Below are positions 1 through 12,112 of a stretch of DNA of 64,000 nt, one piece after another. Every line of letters starts with the position of its first letter. Position 1 is the stretch's first letter. This DNA is from Lingula anatina. Its lineage: Eukaryota > Animalia > Brachiopoda. Both the position numbers and the translations under genes were made by a program. The notes beneath the pieces were generated by a model, which was given only the letters and a program-made list of their open reading frames with translations, had not been told where the DNA came from and ran no database searches. The DNA lies in contig CM120642.1 of the NCBI GenBank assembly GCA_051362555.1, positions 11,904,001-11,968,000 of the forward strand, in the 5' to 3' direction.

Positions 1-662
1 ATAATTAGTAATAAGTAACATTCTTCATTTTTCAAGCTAGCGTAAAAGTTTTAATGATAATTGCATTGACAATTTCAATATTGTTTTGAAGTCATGGCGA
101 TTAAAACTAAAAATGATGTACAGTTAGATTGTGAACAAAAAGAAAAAAATACCTACATACGTCAAACCAAAAATGGATAAATGGATGATAGAACTGCTTT
201 TAGGATGTAATTAAATAATGTTATCTACGGAGTGGATGATATGATACTAAAATATAATTTAGGCCTAGCGAAAATAATATATGCGGTCATGGCATCGATA
301 TCTTCGATCAGTTTTACACAAGTGACCAGACTCAAAGAAATCTATTTACCTTGGCAAAATACTCAATGTAACTATATTGATTAGATAATCGGGTTATGCT
401 CTACAGCACTGCATGAATCTGCTAATGCACTGCAACTGCGCTTCGGATAGGATATTACATCAGTATTCAGAATTTGCTATTGTTGCGATACTTTTGGTCA
501 ATACTGTGTTTGCTGGACATGTGCTCTTTCACCCATCGATCTGCTCTTGTAGTAAACCTAGCATACATGGGCTGAATATCAAAATGCCTATTTTCTCTCA
601 CAGAACACCAAACAAAATCTACATCTGAGCCACTGCTACATCTGAGACGACGCTTGCACAAG

Positions 663-3600
663 ATGGGGTCTAAATTTGTCGACGATGCTGTGGCAGCCCA
701 TAATGTCTATCGCGCTAAACACAAGGTCGGTCCTCTGACCAAAGCCAAGGATCTGTGTGAATACGCCCAAAAATGGGCGGACAACATTGCCAAGTCTGGA
801 AACTTCAGGCACAGTGACTGCATGCACAAAGGGGAGCGTCTCGGAGAGAATATCGCCATGAAGTACACGTCTTCTGGAGACCCGTTCACAGGTGATGATA
901 GAGGCATATCATATAAATTGTGTTTGGTAATATTGTATTTTAATACAATTAAATTATTAAAATATAGTTTTAACAACAAATTGAGACTCTGCTGATTCAA
1001 TGTTTCAAGTAAACGCTTCGACGTTTCAGGTTTTCTGCATTTACCAGTGTAAAAAATACGGATTTATGTTCAGTTAGACAGTATTTTAGCACATATTTTA
1101 TCGTCAACAGGCCAACAGGTGACTGACCAGTGGTACAGTGAAGTAGCCAAGTATACATTTGGGAGTGACTTCTCCAGCGGAACAGGTGAGAGAGAGAGAG
1201 AAAGAGTTGAGAGGGGGGGGGGGCAAATTAACGTTTTCTGTTTTGGTATTGCGGGAAAATCCTTGTATGCTTCTTGGGCCGAAAGGCAATTCTTGTATTA
1301 CATCTGTCTTGAAGTCTTGGTTCTTCAAGTGCAACACTCATTGTGTTAGATAAGATTGAACACATTCGAGCAGAATCAACATCGGCGACTCTGCCTGCAG
1401 GGGAATGCGCTTTAGATTGTATGGTCGTTGCCAAAATAAATCAACTGTATTCTTCTGGTTTCTTACACGTGTACACCGTAAAAAAAGATGACAAAGGGAG
1501 TTGCGGCGTTGCTTGAATATATACAAAAAAGGTTTCTACGCTGAAATGTTATGGAGTAGGCTTTGTAACCTGCTTACATAGTATGTACTTGTATACCCTT
1601 TAAAGGGGTCATTGTTCTACCACAAGCAGGTGGCTGGGACAAGAAGAAAAAAGTTGGCTTCGCTCAGTCTCGTAACATTGTATCATATATGCTAAGTTTG
1701 TTTTAAAGAAAGCCGAAGGGAACAGGTGCCTCTTTCCCCCTTTGATCCTATGATACTGATTTATAATATAGTAAACACAGCTCGTGATGATGTATCCACG
1801 AATTCACACGTTGTTGGATATTCCACATATGATACAGTTCGGTTTTTATTTCAAACATACTTTATAGTTGAGCAAGGAAAATAAGAAACATGCGCTGACT
1901 CACAGAGTCGCTTCCTTTTTTCCTTATCACATGACACGATCTCCAAGCCTTGACCCCTTTTGTCGTCGTTAAAAAATTAGTCACTTCCGAAATTACACAT
2001 GTTGCAATAAATAAACGTAACAATACCATTAGGAAATTTTATACTACTGTTCTCAACACACAGAAAAGGTTTTCTCAATTGACATGGATTTTAGGAGAGT
2101 GCAACCTGGCGGAATGTACGGAGGTAAGACAAGTAGCTGAATATGAGACCAAATCATGACCTGTGTGAATTAGGTTTTCATAATGTCTGTTCGACTGTCG
2201 CGCGAGGCTTACTTTTTCAAAAAGAGATGAACTGGTTAACTTGTTTGTTGAATCCTATTTCAGTGTCAAGTCCTTCCTTTGCTCACTTTCAACTGCGTAA
2301 CAATCGTTGTTTGTAATTATAGGGTCAGTTTTTGAATATATAAGTTATTTATCTAGGTTGTGTTTTTTAAAAACTAACAGAAGAATTCCATATTACGCGT
2401 GGCATGGAAATAGTAAAGACTACAAACAAACACGCTTTACGTACTTCAGCGACTAAAAAAAATCTGTATTCGACACAAGTGAAATGTCTAATGAATGAAG
2501 TCCCTATTTCTGTTATTGAATTAGCAGTAAAGGAATCTACATGTTAACATCATATAGTGTCAGATAACATGACGTATTAAATAGTTCCTGATGGGCACAC
2601 TGAATGTTAAAGACACTGCGGTGAGATAGGAATTAAGGTTCGTCATGCGGTGACACATTCTTCACTCGCACGAGTTAAAAGCTCCTGTTAAAGACAACGT
2701 ATAGATGAAGACTACTGTACTTTCTTATTTTCATCTTAATGACACCAGTGGGATAATAGAGATGATGAACATTTCAGGTTGCTGGTTAGAAGTTTGATTG
2801 TTAATTATAATCAGTGATAGAATTAAAAATATATTAGTATGCACCTGTGTAGTCTTTCCAGTTCTTTATTGGGCATTAAGGCTGCGTGAAATCGGTTTAG
2901 CTTTGTTTTTCGTGTTATTTTGAAAACGGCGTGGATACTTTATTTTGATTACTTAACTATTAGAATGTTTTATTTATTAACATACATTATATATTAATTT
3001 AATTATTTTTTTGTCATCGAAAATGGTAAACCAGTGTGGTTTGGTTTGGTATGCAAGACATGAAGGACTTATGCAATGTGTGAAGAATTATGCCTAGAGC
3101 CTTAGTCATATAAATCTTTCTAATGTGTCGTTCGGTTTGTGGGAAACTGCACATTGTGCCCTCCAAATGTTGTGATAAATATGGAAAGAGAGACTGGTTG
3201 TTGCATGATCTCATCGGTTGCTTCATAATTCATCCCCAGTGATAATGATTTACCAGGGTATAATTGATTAAACAGGTCTTTCTTTGGTCCTTGTTCACAA
3301 AGGAAAACTTCATCTGACGCATTTTCGATAGACCAAATGTTCGAAATTTGTTGAAGTTCCTTTGGAGGTGTTATTCTATATACGAGAAAATTGTTCTCAT
3401 ACTGTACATAAAAAAGCCTTATTCTTATTCGTAAAACTTAATATCCATATATACTTTGAAGTCTTGTATTTCAGGACATTTCACCCAGGTGGTATGGAAG
3501 GGCAGCAAAGAAGTTGGACTTGGTCAAGCCAAGGCCAAGGACGGAAAAATCTTCGTGGTGGCCAGCTATCGTCCAGCAGGCAATATGATGGGACAGTTTA

Positions 3601-6238
3601 AAGACAATGTATTCAAGCCAGACGGACCCATCGTTCTGCCGAAAAAAGAAGGTAGATTATGATACACAGTGCAATAATTCTGCTCGAAAACACAATGACT
3701 CGATTCAGATGTTAAGCTGATGTTTTACATTAATTCTGTGTAAAAAATATAAAGCGCCGTCTTTCTAACGCAAACAGCACCATTTGTTTTTCAATTTAAT
3801 ATTCAGAAATGTGACCATTTTTTCTAAGAACCGAAACCTATGACATTCAGAAGTTTTGGAGGAGCGGACGGTAGTCCAGGAGACTCGGGGATGACACGGA
3901 TCGTCCACACAAAGACAATGCCTACCACAACCTCAACACAGAGGTGAGCTTGATTGATAACCTTCTTGCTGTCTTTGCATTGGAGCCGTTTAGAATGAGT
4001 TAGTGCGCACTAGCTATAGAGTGCGCACTATCTCCACGGGGACTCTTGCTGAACGCAGTCAGCTTAACACACTAACACGCCTCCTCCTGGCGTTCAGGAT
4101 AATACAGAGAAGCTGCTGATAATACAAGTGCATTGGAAACAAGCTAGTGCACAGGAACTCATTCTGAACGACCCCTTTGCCATGTATTCTAATTGTCACA
4201 TTCAATTTTGTAAAATTTTCCTACTAATTATGACATAAACTCTTGCACACGCACCAGTTTTAACTTATTGGTTTAACATTTTGGATTTATTCTACTGGAT
4301 AAAAACAGGTTTGAAACTAAGTATTCAAACAGCAATGAGAAGTGTGGAAATAGAAAAGACCCTAGACGAAATGCCTCATGTATATGATGTAATGCAGAGA
4401 GCGTTCAGTTACGAAACATTTAAAACGTTTGTTCTATAGACATATTAGTCCTGGTATTGTTAATAAGCCTAACCCATATCTACTGCTAGGCTATTTGCAG
4501 GAAAACTCTCACAGCGGCATGTAATCTAGAAGAGACAGACACAAATTATCAGAAGTAATTTACAAGAAGTATTTGCCTTTTGATTTCCATCTTATTTGCC
4601 ACCTGTGCATATGTTGTTTACAGAGTACTCATATTTCATTTCTGCTGGTTCAGAATCGGAACAAGAATTTGTCTTTCGAAACACATTTGTTATTATTATT
4701 TCTCGCTTATAGTCTCTTGGCATATTTAAAAAAAAAAAAAAAAGAATTCGCGTGTCAGGAAATGATGTAGAGGCCCCTGTTTTAAGTGTTTTAGCTAGGT
4801 AAACTGTACTTAGAGCACTGGTAGAATACAAGTATGTTTCAGGAACAGCAACATGTGAGTCTTAAATCCCTGTAATATTCTGTGTATTTCTCCCCTTTAA
4901 ATATGAAATAACATGGTGGCCAATAAAGAAGTTAGCGGACAACTCTCGTACTTGCTAGGAAAATGTTAAAGGTCGGGTAAAATATGTGACCATTAGTTGT
5001 ATCTTATTAAAATAGCCGTGACGGAGGTGAGATATCAATATAGGCACAAACAAAGCATGTTTTACGGTAAACAGTTTTCCCAGGTGCGCAGCTTCAAGTT
5101 CCCAGTGAAAATTTATTATTTTGTGTAGTTCTTTCGCATTCAGGTAGAGCAGCCAAATTCTCAGGACTTTTTTTCTGATTTTCTGGGAAGCTGCGGGCTG
5201 CATGCCTATATAATAGCGGTCAGATAGTTAGAATCACAAGGGCAAGAGCTCTGAAGTCAGCGCAGATACCAGCAATTTCTATTTCTCTGCCACTCTCTGA
5301 AAACACATACCGTGCCAACCAGGGGAGTTGATTATTATCAATCTTGAAGAAAAAAGTAAGATTGAAACCTGCAGGAAGAGTCACTCCCAAAGTGAAACTT
5401 ACCTGGAAAAGGTTCAGAAATACAACGATTCTCTTTCCAGAACTGTTCGCACTGTAACTAACCAGGGCGGTCCTCAAACTGTCTCCAGGATGGTTGTCAC
5501 TGAAACCAAGACTGGCCCGAATGGTGAAACAATTACGACGACAAAAGAGACGATCAATGGGAAAGAGACCACTACAACCAAGGTCACCAGGAAGGGAGAG
5601 GTACGTGCTGATAAATTCTTGTTATATCTTCGGCAGTTTCTTTATATATCAAAATACTAACCGCCTTTTAACAAATAAGTGCATGGTACGGCACAATGTC
5701 TATCACAGCTATTGTTATACAGCCGTTTATTTTCTTGAAAAAATGACTGCATCTCTGCGGTGCTGTTATTACACCTAACGACATGTTCAAGATTACAATC
5801 GTAATCTGTACAAGATATAGACTCGAGAAAAAGTCCTCTTAGACATTCAAATATGCCTTTATATATGTATTGCTTGCAACCCTACCCAACTATTTGCATG
5901 CCCACTTATCGATATGCTTGATGTTACATATAATGTGCTGTGTGTTGATTATCTGGATTTATACTAACAACGAGACAAAACAAAGCTTTAGTATATGTCA
6001 ATGTTGCATTCACCCTGGGTTCCAGAAATTAAGTTCTCATTTATAGCCCACAAAAGCGTTTACGACGAGAACGGAAATCGTAAACGAAAAGTGGGAACTC
6101 ATGGTGTGCAGATCGTCAATATCTATACATGTGGCTGATTTAACAACCCGCTCACTCGAGTCTACTTGCTGTACTAACGGCTTACCAGTTGCATGCTTTT
6201 GCTTATTTTCCAGTTCTGAAAAGAATGCTATATACTAA
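663..6238 (+). CDS. GAPR-1/GLIPR2-like CAP (SCP/PR-1) domain protein, unit 1, with Thr-rich low-complexity tail
   Basis: Exons 663-891, 1111-1185 and 3475-3651 join in frame by GT-AG: MGSKFVDDAVAAHNVYRAKH...GENIAM...QWYSEVAKY...GHFTQVVWKGSKEVGLG...VVASYRPAGN, which carries the CAP motifs. No signal peptide; N-terminal MG as in myristoylated GAPR-1. Phase-compatible tail exons 3829-3943, 5441-5600, 6047-~6090 and 6214-6238 (TAA) are less certain. Confidence 0.85.
3982..4175. mobile_element. Hairpin MITE (family A)
   Basis: TIRs GGAGCCGTTTAGAATGAGTT / AACTCATTCTGAACGACCCC. The interior is the reverse complement of ~47285-47400. Confidence 0.7.
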
Positions 6239-8195
6239 AACACTGCGGCATGGTGTAGTACCTACCCTCATAAAACAAAGTGGCCGACAGGGAAAATATC
6301 CGGAGGAAACAAATGGCAGAACGGATCAAGTAGCTTTAACTGGATCATCTTATTTGACTCGTTCCATCATTTCGAGGGAAATGTAACAGTTTGATGACAA
6401 ATCAGAAAGCTTATAATAGACCGCTTAAAGACATTAGTAATTTTACATAAAAATAAATGACTAGCGTGAGTTTGACCGGGAACAAGACTAAGTTTGGCCG
6501 AGATGCGGTTTATTACCTCTCTATGCAGTGAAAAGTATATGGGAAACACCAACTTTGCAAGACTGAAAATGCTATGATACATGTCAATTATGTATAGGTT
6601 CATTTGTAAAAGGGTTTTATTAAGAATTTTTACCCATCGGTTTTTAACCCAATGACACTTAGTTGCTAACTTTTAGTAAGCATTGATGAATACCGGATGA
6701 AAAGTACGCTTTACCCCTACCCTTAATGAAGATATATCCTACTGAAATTTACAAATTTAATGTGCTTTATTTCAATATGATATATTGTCCTACCAATGCA
6801 ATTAGCATTGTCATCTTTTAGGAATTTAAGAATGAACTCTGTTGGCAGCCATTGTTTTATCAATTTAACTTTTTTATAGACATCACAGTTTGATTAGTAT
6901 TACTAATGGCACGTGAAGTGTTTTTTTTTCTTTTTTTTTTTTTTTTTTTTGTTAGATTGTAGCATATTTTATTCTTCATTTGGAATTAAGAGCCATGAAA
7001 ATGGAAAATTCAAGTTAAAATTGCGTGGTGTAATATATATTGTTAATGTAGATCTGTATTGTACTGCATGATACTGCTTTTGCAGGCATGTACTTTAATT
7101 TTTACGTTATTCTTTTATTTAAACATGTTTAATATTTGATTCTACTGCAAATAATAAAACGTGACTTTAAAGACCATGTTATGTTTATCGTATTACACAT
7201 TACACATACTACATCACAACCGTTTCATTATACGTGGCAAGATTATTCTGACTTGTTATCAATAAAATAGAATTCTCTAGTCTTCGCGTTATCCAGCTAT
7301 GTATCTCTGACATGATAGAGCGGCAATTACTCTAACAGTTTACAGATCGGAAGTGCACGCCTAAGTCATCAAAAGTTCGCAATAAACAAACTGTGAAAAA
7401 GACCTAACGGGCCATGTGGTATTCATTAACAGAGAAGACATAACAGTTTACAGTCTTACAAGCTCACCACGTCTTTCCAATATTCAAAGACCTCCATTTA
7501 ACATTTCGTTTTAGTATCTAAAACTGCTGACAGAATGTCATTTATGCAAATAGAGAATTTTCGTATTTTTCAATCTGTGGTACTGTGTAATGTTTCCATG
7601 ACAACAGGTCACCTCTGAACCCTTCCACAACAGTTTCTAGAGGAAATTGGTTTGTGTTTTATTTAAAGAGCTTAAAAGGTCGAAACACCTTCGTTTTATT
7701 ATTCGGGAATAGCGGCGGCTCTTCTAATGTAGGGTATTTTAAGAACAACCCAGTGGTTGACTTCCAACTACACTTCATTAAATTAAGTGCAAGTCTTGTC
7801 ACATTATAAACAGCCTGAAAATTATGATTCGATGTAGTCGTTTGACCTTATACATGTACCTGTAGGCCTACATACACTCTAAAATCGGGCTTTTCTGAAC
7901 GATTACATGACAAGGAGTAAGGTCGGTAAAACGACTGCAGAATGGCCTCTGTACCTAAGTTGTTTTTTACACACGTTTTTTACAATATCTAGACTGTAGT
8001 TAAACAATTGGTTCAATTTTTGACGCGTTTTATACAAAGTATACTCCGTTGATATTACAGAAGAACTCTGTTGGTATGTTTAATCTCAAGTTTAAGTAGG
8101 GAAATATTGTAATGTTGAAAAAATCATCTGAACATTTAAGAAAAATTATTATGAAACAACAAGTTCTATAATTTTGTCAATTATTATATCTTTAG

Positions 8196-9748
8196 TCAGA
8201 GAGACTGAAAAACTTACATTTGGACGAAGACGTTACCGGGAACAAATATCTACCTACGGTAAGTCTATTTTTATTTGTAGATACTCAAACATGTATATTA
8301 CAGCTACTTTTATCCAAATAGTTGTACAACCATGTATAATGTGTAAGCCAATATAAACCTGATAATGTAAACTGTTAAAATATCTGAAACAGAGAGAAAA
8401 TTAAAGTGAAAGAGGTGCAATATCATCACTAGCCCTAATCGATCTTCTGTCAAGACCAAATTTACCTAAATGTGTACAATTTTTCGTCATAGTTTTTACT
8501 AGGCACTAAACAAGAAAGCATGACCAGTTCAGAGTAAGAGGTCAACATGAATCTTTCGCTTTAATTATTAACAAATTATTGTCAAAGCTCTTTTACAATT
8601 ACAGAATGCTTGGGAGTCGTCTAACAACCACGTTCCGGCAAAGCCCAAACCATGCAAGCAAAGTTCCAACGAATTCATAGACGACTGCGTGCGAGCGCAC
8701 AACAACCTCAGAGCGAGACACGGTGCGCCGCCCTTGAAACATAATCCAGATCTATCTGCGCACGCGCAGAAATGGGCAGAGCACTTGGCGGAGTTAAACG
8801 TCATGAAGCATAGTAAAAGTACATTCAAAGGAGTAAAACCAGGAGAGAACGTGGCCACACGCTGGTCTAGCGACGGAGGTGCCTACACAGGTAACTGCCG
8901 ATTCTTTCACGCAGCATTTCTCTTGAACGTTTTAGATCGAAACTGTTAATGTCGCAGATACAGATTCTCGCAGGATCATTTTGTCATGTTATTTTTTAAT
9001 CTTTCTTTGGATGTAACGTAACTACCTTTTTTTCTCTAGATCTCTCAGATGCCCAATATTCATATAAACATATAACTAATTCTTCAGATGGAAGACATGT
9101 TTAACCGTGCCTATAACCACTAAAATTGCTTGGTTGTCACTGTCAACATAACGAAGGGGAAAAAGGCCTACCGGTATTCCTCTTACTATATCGAGATGTA
9201 TATGAGTCGACTCACTTAAATGTGAATGTAACCATGACATTAAGATATATATTTTTTCAATGAACTATTTCCTTTTCTTTAGGAAAAGATGCTGTCGCCC
9301 AGTGGTACAGTGAGATTAGTAAATATGACTTCAAGACAGCGTCACGTTGTCTTACGGCAGGTAAATACTAAACACTGTGCTTGTTTAGATTGTGTTGGTT
9401 GAGATTGCGCTGTGTTGAGATTTTGATTCGGTCGCAAATCACTGGAAACCGATCGCGCTCCTTTTACTAAAACAATAATATTTTTAATAAACAGAAACTT
9501 TTCTCTGCTATTTTGCGTTTAAGCAAATAAACTGTGGTTCAGTAATCGTTTTTATTATTATTTCAGGCCATTTCACTCAAGTTGTGTGGAAAGGAAGCAA
9601 GGAAATCGGTGTAGGGAGAGCCGTGGGACAAGATGGACGCGTATATGTCGTAGCTAACTATCTTCCGCCGGGAAATATGCTCGGCGCTTTTAAAGAAAAC
9701 GTGCTGCCGCCAAATTCAGTTCCGTCCAATGTTGTCAGTTTTGGCTAG
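8196..9748 (+). CDS. GAPR-1/GLIPR2-like CAP domain, unit 2 (separate paralog or second domain of unit 1)
   Basis: Exons 8196-8258, 8605-8890, 9283-9360 and 9567-9748 (TAG): ...FIDDCVRAHNNLRARH...GENVA...QWYSEISKYDF...GHFTQVVWKGSKEIGVG...VVANYLPPGN. Intron positions and phases match unit 1. No in-frame ATG found upstream of the CAP domain in these exons. Confidence 0.85.
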
Positions 9749-10352
9749 AGTAAAATCCTATTTAAAGGTATGCAGAAAGATAAATTCAACCAACACCTAA
9801 CATCCACTGCCAACAAGATGAGCAAACGCCATTAAAAAGATATAACCCGACAGAGAACTATATGACCGTGGTCTTACCAAGTGAGATTGAAGACAGGTGA
9901 TTGCGCTGCAACTGAAGGGCCTTTGACCTGGTCCTCGCTGGCTCTTGCTCAATCCTGAGTTAAAGATGTACAGTATAAGATTTTCCCGTGGAAAGCTCAT
10001 GCTTAACGATTTTCTTGGGCGATTTTTACGCCCCTTTTCTCTGAATTACCAACCTCTGGTCCCTCTTTTCTGACACAAGACATAACTCCGCAACAACATG
10101 GGGAAATAAAAAAGTCCTTAGCCCACATTTAAGCGATCGTGTTTCAAAATCATCATCCCTTCGAGCTAGATTCTCGCACTGACTTTCGGTTGCCTACGAT
10201 GAAAAACTGTGAAGGTTGACGGGCAGAAACGTTCCTACGCCAAAAAAATTAATCTGGGTATTTTTGCGACGTTATTTTATGGCATTTAACTGTTAAAATT
10301 GTCAAAAAAAAAGTATTACTTGTTCTCAGATTAGTTCATCACGAAGTGGTAA

Positions 10353-10659
10353 AGGTACACTCCATGGGTTTCAAAATCCCCCAAATGCTTATTTTGCCAT
10401 CTACAGCTTCTTGTCAAACTTACATACACCGAAAAAATTATTATTTAACCCCTTCAATTTTTTGGGAGAGTACCTGATGTTGATATTTCCATTAGAGCTT
10501 ATAGGAAAATGATTTTAAGCTAAAACCAACCTTTGTAAATTTTATCAAAGGTCGAATCCAAGTGCAGAAAGGGATAGAGGAATGATTCGTGAGTACGAGA
10601 AAATTGCTTATTTTCCCGGGAATATCCTTTTTGGTAGGTAAATCTGATGGAGTGTACCT
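10353..10659. mobile_element. Non-autonomous TIR element, Kolobok-like
   Basis: TIRs AGGTACACTCCAT...ATGGAGTGTACCT flanked by GTAA and TTAA. RR termini with a TTAA target site are typical of Kolobok. Confidence 0.7.
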
Positions 10660-12112
10660 TTAACATGTCCTTATTTAAATACCTTCACTTTGTCACTTTA
10701 AAGGAATGGCCTAGTCCATTGGCAAATATATTTTGTATACACAAGGTTTATTTATGAACATATTTTGGATAAATGATTAGATGTGTAAAATTAAATTGAA
10801 GAATATTTGGAGGAAAACCTGCTGCAGTAGAATGGGAATAGATCGTAGGTTAGATCTGCCTTTTTTTCAGATCTCCAATCTTAGAGTGAACCATCATATC
10901 ATGAAGTAAATAGAAGCCCTTTGAAGATGTGTCGCATATGAAAGGCGAACGTTTCAATTTCTTTATCATGCATGCAGAAATTAACTCATATAACATTTGA
11001 AGAAAAATATAGCTTATTTTATTGAATTAAACAGTGTACGTTCTAATAATACTCATTTTTTTACGGTTTTTAAAAATGCATTTGCACACTGCGTTTTATT
11101 GATGAGTACAAAAATAAAACATTTTCAAACGAGTTTCTATTCTTTTTTGTACGCCAATGTGTTCCAGTTTGGCTAAATGCGTAATATGAACGCAATGAGA
11201 AAGTTAATGTGACATAACTACAGCATACATGTAAGTGCACAGGTTAAGATACAAATGTAGGGTACATATACAATATTCTTATACCACAACACCAGCCAAT
11301 GTTGGTTCTCCACAGAATCTAGTGATCAATCAACTGCTGTGTTAGCTTTTAACTGAAAGCTACACATTACAATCTTTAATCAAATGAAAAAAAATGATGG
11401 TTAAGGAGCCTGATATGTTCCCAATATATTAAAACGTAGACATAAAACGCATACACAAAAACCCTGCCTTCTGCACATCTTGATATTCAAAGTTTCAGTT
11501 CTGTTACCAAAACCGTTAATGAAATAAACTCGCGCAAAACCAGACAAAATTAGCACTGTATATAACATATGGTAAAAAGTGTAACTTATAAAATGTGTCA
11601 ACTACATAACAAAGAGTTTTATTGAATTAAATGAATATGACCTATATGTATATATCACCAAATAATATGATTATCCATTATATAAATTCATATGATTATG
11701 ATTTTTATCATCTGGGTGAACAAGAGTGAAAAACATTAATTAGTATTGAACTTGTGAAAGTAAATGCTTTTTAATTAGAATTCAATGGAGTATATGCAAA
11801 ATCGTTATAACATTTTTTTCCGATTTTGATTATAATTCGACATTATGCAAATTTTTCTCTTTTTGACATGTAAACCCTCAGATTATATTTAAAGTAGGTA
11901 AAATCCACTTTACGGTTACATTTGCTGTTTCCCTTTCACTGCAAAAAGGAAACTATTTTGCATGGGTCGAAATTCCATCGACTTAAAAGCATGCCAAGGG
12001 TTGTTATTAAGCGGCATGTGAACTGAATTGTGACAACAAAACTTTTTTTAGTAAAAACTTGTCTTTTCACATTATAAATTTAAATTGTGCCCAGGCAGTG
12101 CAATAAGACCAC

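Noticed and set aside
3851-3894. In-frame TGA (possible selenocysteine or readthrough) if the acceptor at 3850 is used
   Set aside because: The acceptor at 3828 gives a fully open exon whose phase fits the next exon. No SECIS was recognised.
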